From a virus: a stretch of DNA of 41,273 bases. Made by a program: the position numbers and the translations under genes. Location: positions 1-41,273 of IMG/VR virus record IMGVR_UViG_3300028584_000124; one strand, given 5' to 3'. Below the pieces are notes generated by a model. It was not told where the DNA came from, searched no databases, and worked only from the letters and a program-made list of their open reading frames with translations. Below, one piece after another: positions 40,791-41,273 of the stretch (its first letter is position 1; each line of letters opens with the position of its first letter).

Positions 40791-41117
40791 ATGGCAACCA
40801 AAGACGTGAACCTGAAGGCCCAGCAACTCAGTAGGGTCATGGAGGCGCTTCTCTCCCTGGATGGCAATATGCCCGTCATCCAGGGTCTCATCTTTCTCTA
40901 CGTCGCATCTCAGGATCGCGGAACGGGTACTGGGCCGAACGGCCTGGCCATCGCCGAGGCCTTAAAGATCGACGCCACCCGCGTCTCCCGCAACCTGACC
41001 CGCCTCACCAGCGCCGGTCTCATCGCGCGGGAGATGGGGGACATGGGGCAGAAGCGGAACCACATCACCAAGGCCGGATGGTCCTACGTGGAGCGTCTAG
41101 CCTCCTTCATCAACTAG
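40791..41117 (+). CDS. MarR-like winged-helix transcriptional regulator (candidate prophage repressor)
   Basis: 108 aa. LAIAEALKIDATRVSRNLTRLTSAGLIAREM...RNHITKAGWSYVE has the MarR-type recognition helix plus wing layout. Its stop lies 8 nt before the int start. The longer ORF-track start (40548) would place motif site 10 inside coding sequence. Confidence 0.6.
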   Translation: MATKDVNLKAQQLSRVMEALLSLDGNMPVIQGLIFLYVASQDRGTGTGPNGLAIAEALKIDATRVSRNLTRLTSAGLIAREMGDMGQKRNHITKAGWSYVERLASFIN

Positions 41118-41125
41118 GAGCTGAC

Positions 41126-41273
41126 ATGGCTGTTCGACAGCGCGGCAAGACCTGGCAGGTGGACGTCAAAGTCCAGGGCCAGGACAACCCCACCGGGGAG
41201 CTGGTGCGGGTCCGGCAGAACTTCAAGACCGAACGCGAGGCCATCCGCATGGAGCTGCTCATACGGGCGGACA
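41126..41273 (+). CDS. int: integrase gene, 5' end only (exact copy of 108..255)
   Basis: It is part of the 255-bp window-end overlap and is truncated by the window edge. Confidence 0.9.
   Translation, partial: MAVRQRGKTWQVDVKVQGQDNPTGELVRVRQNFKTEREAIRMELLIRAD

Overview
The window holds one complete, circularly closed copy of a GC-rich T7-like (Autographiviridae-type) podophage genome. Bases 41019..41273 repeat bases 1..255 exactly, so the unique unit is 41,018 bp. Only one tRNA and one small membrane-protein gene lie on the - strand. The gene order below starts from a ~1.1 kb non-coding region (36.5-37.6 kb) that probably contains the physical ends. (1) Small early genes, 37.6-40.4 kb. (2) A lysogeny-type block running across the window junction: MarR-like regulator, tyrosine integrase, full-length tRNA-Leu(UAA) and small secreted/membrane accessory genes. 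(3) Single-subunit RNA polymerase. (4) DNA metabolism: gp2.5-like SSB, endonuclease I, amidase/lysozyme, primase-helicase, DNA polymerase, 5'-3' exonuclease, DUF5664-like NTP pyrophosphohydrolase. (5) Portal and scaffold. (6) A displaced lysis plus tail-fibre block containing two SGNH esterases. (7) Major capsid, tail tube A and B, internal virion proteins A-D, terminase small and large subunits. Six observations stand out. (a) A 10-copy near-palindromic TTGCGCAA motif sits in intergenic gaps, including directly upstream of the MarR-like gene. It is a candidate operator network for a temperate T7-like phage. (b) A separate 17-nt motif occurs 4 times, twice fused at fixed spacing to the palindrome. 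It is a candidate phage-RNAP promoter. (c) The DNA polymerase gene is interrupted inside motif B by a 674-nt group I intron carrying an endonuclease-VII-type HNH ORF. The splice sites can be read from the sequence. (d) The tail tubular protein B gene is split by a single in-frame TAA followed by a strong RBS and an ATG. (e) A family of modular GC-rich stem-loops separates the early genes. (f) One early protein has a tandem array built from only five codons, encoding AAWSAA-type repeats. All calls come from reading the sequence and from remembered family signatures. No searches were run. Function calls for small ORFs and all regulatory interpretations are hypotheses.
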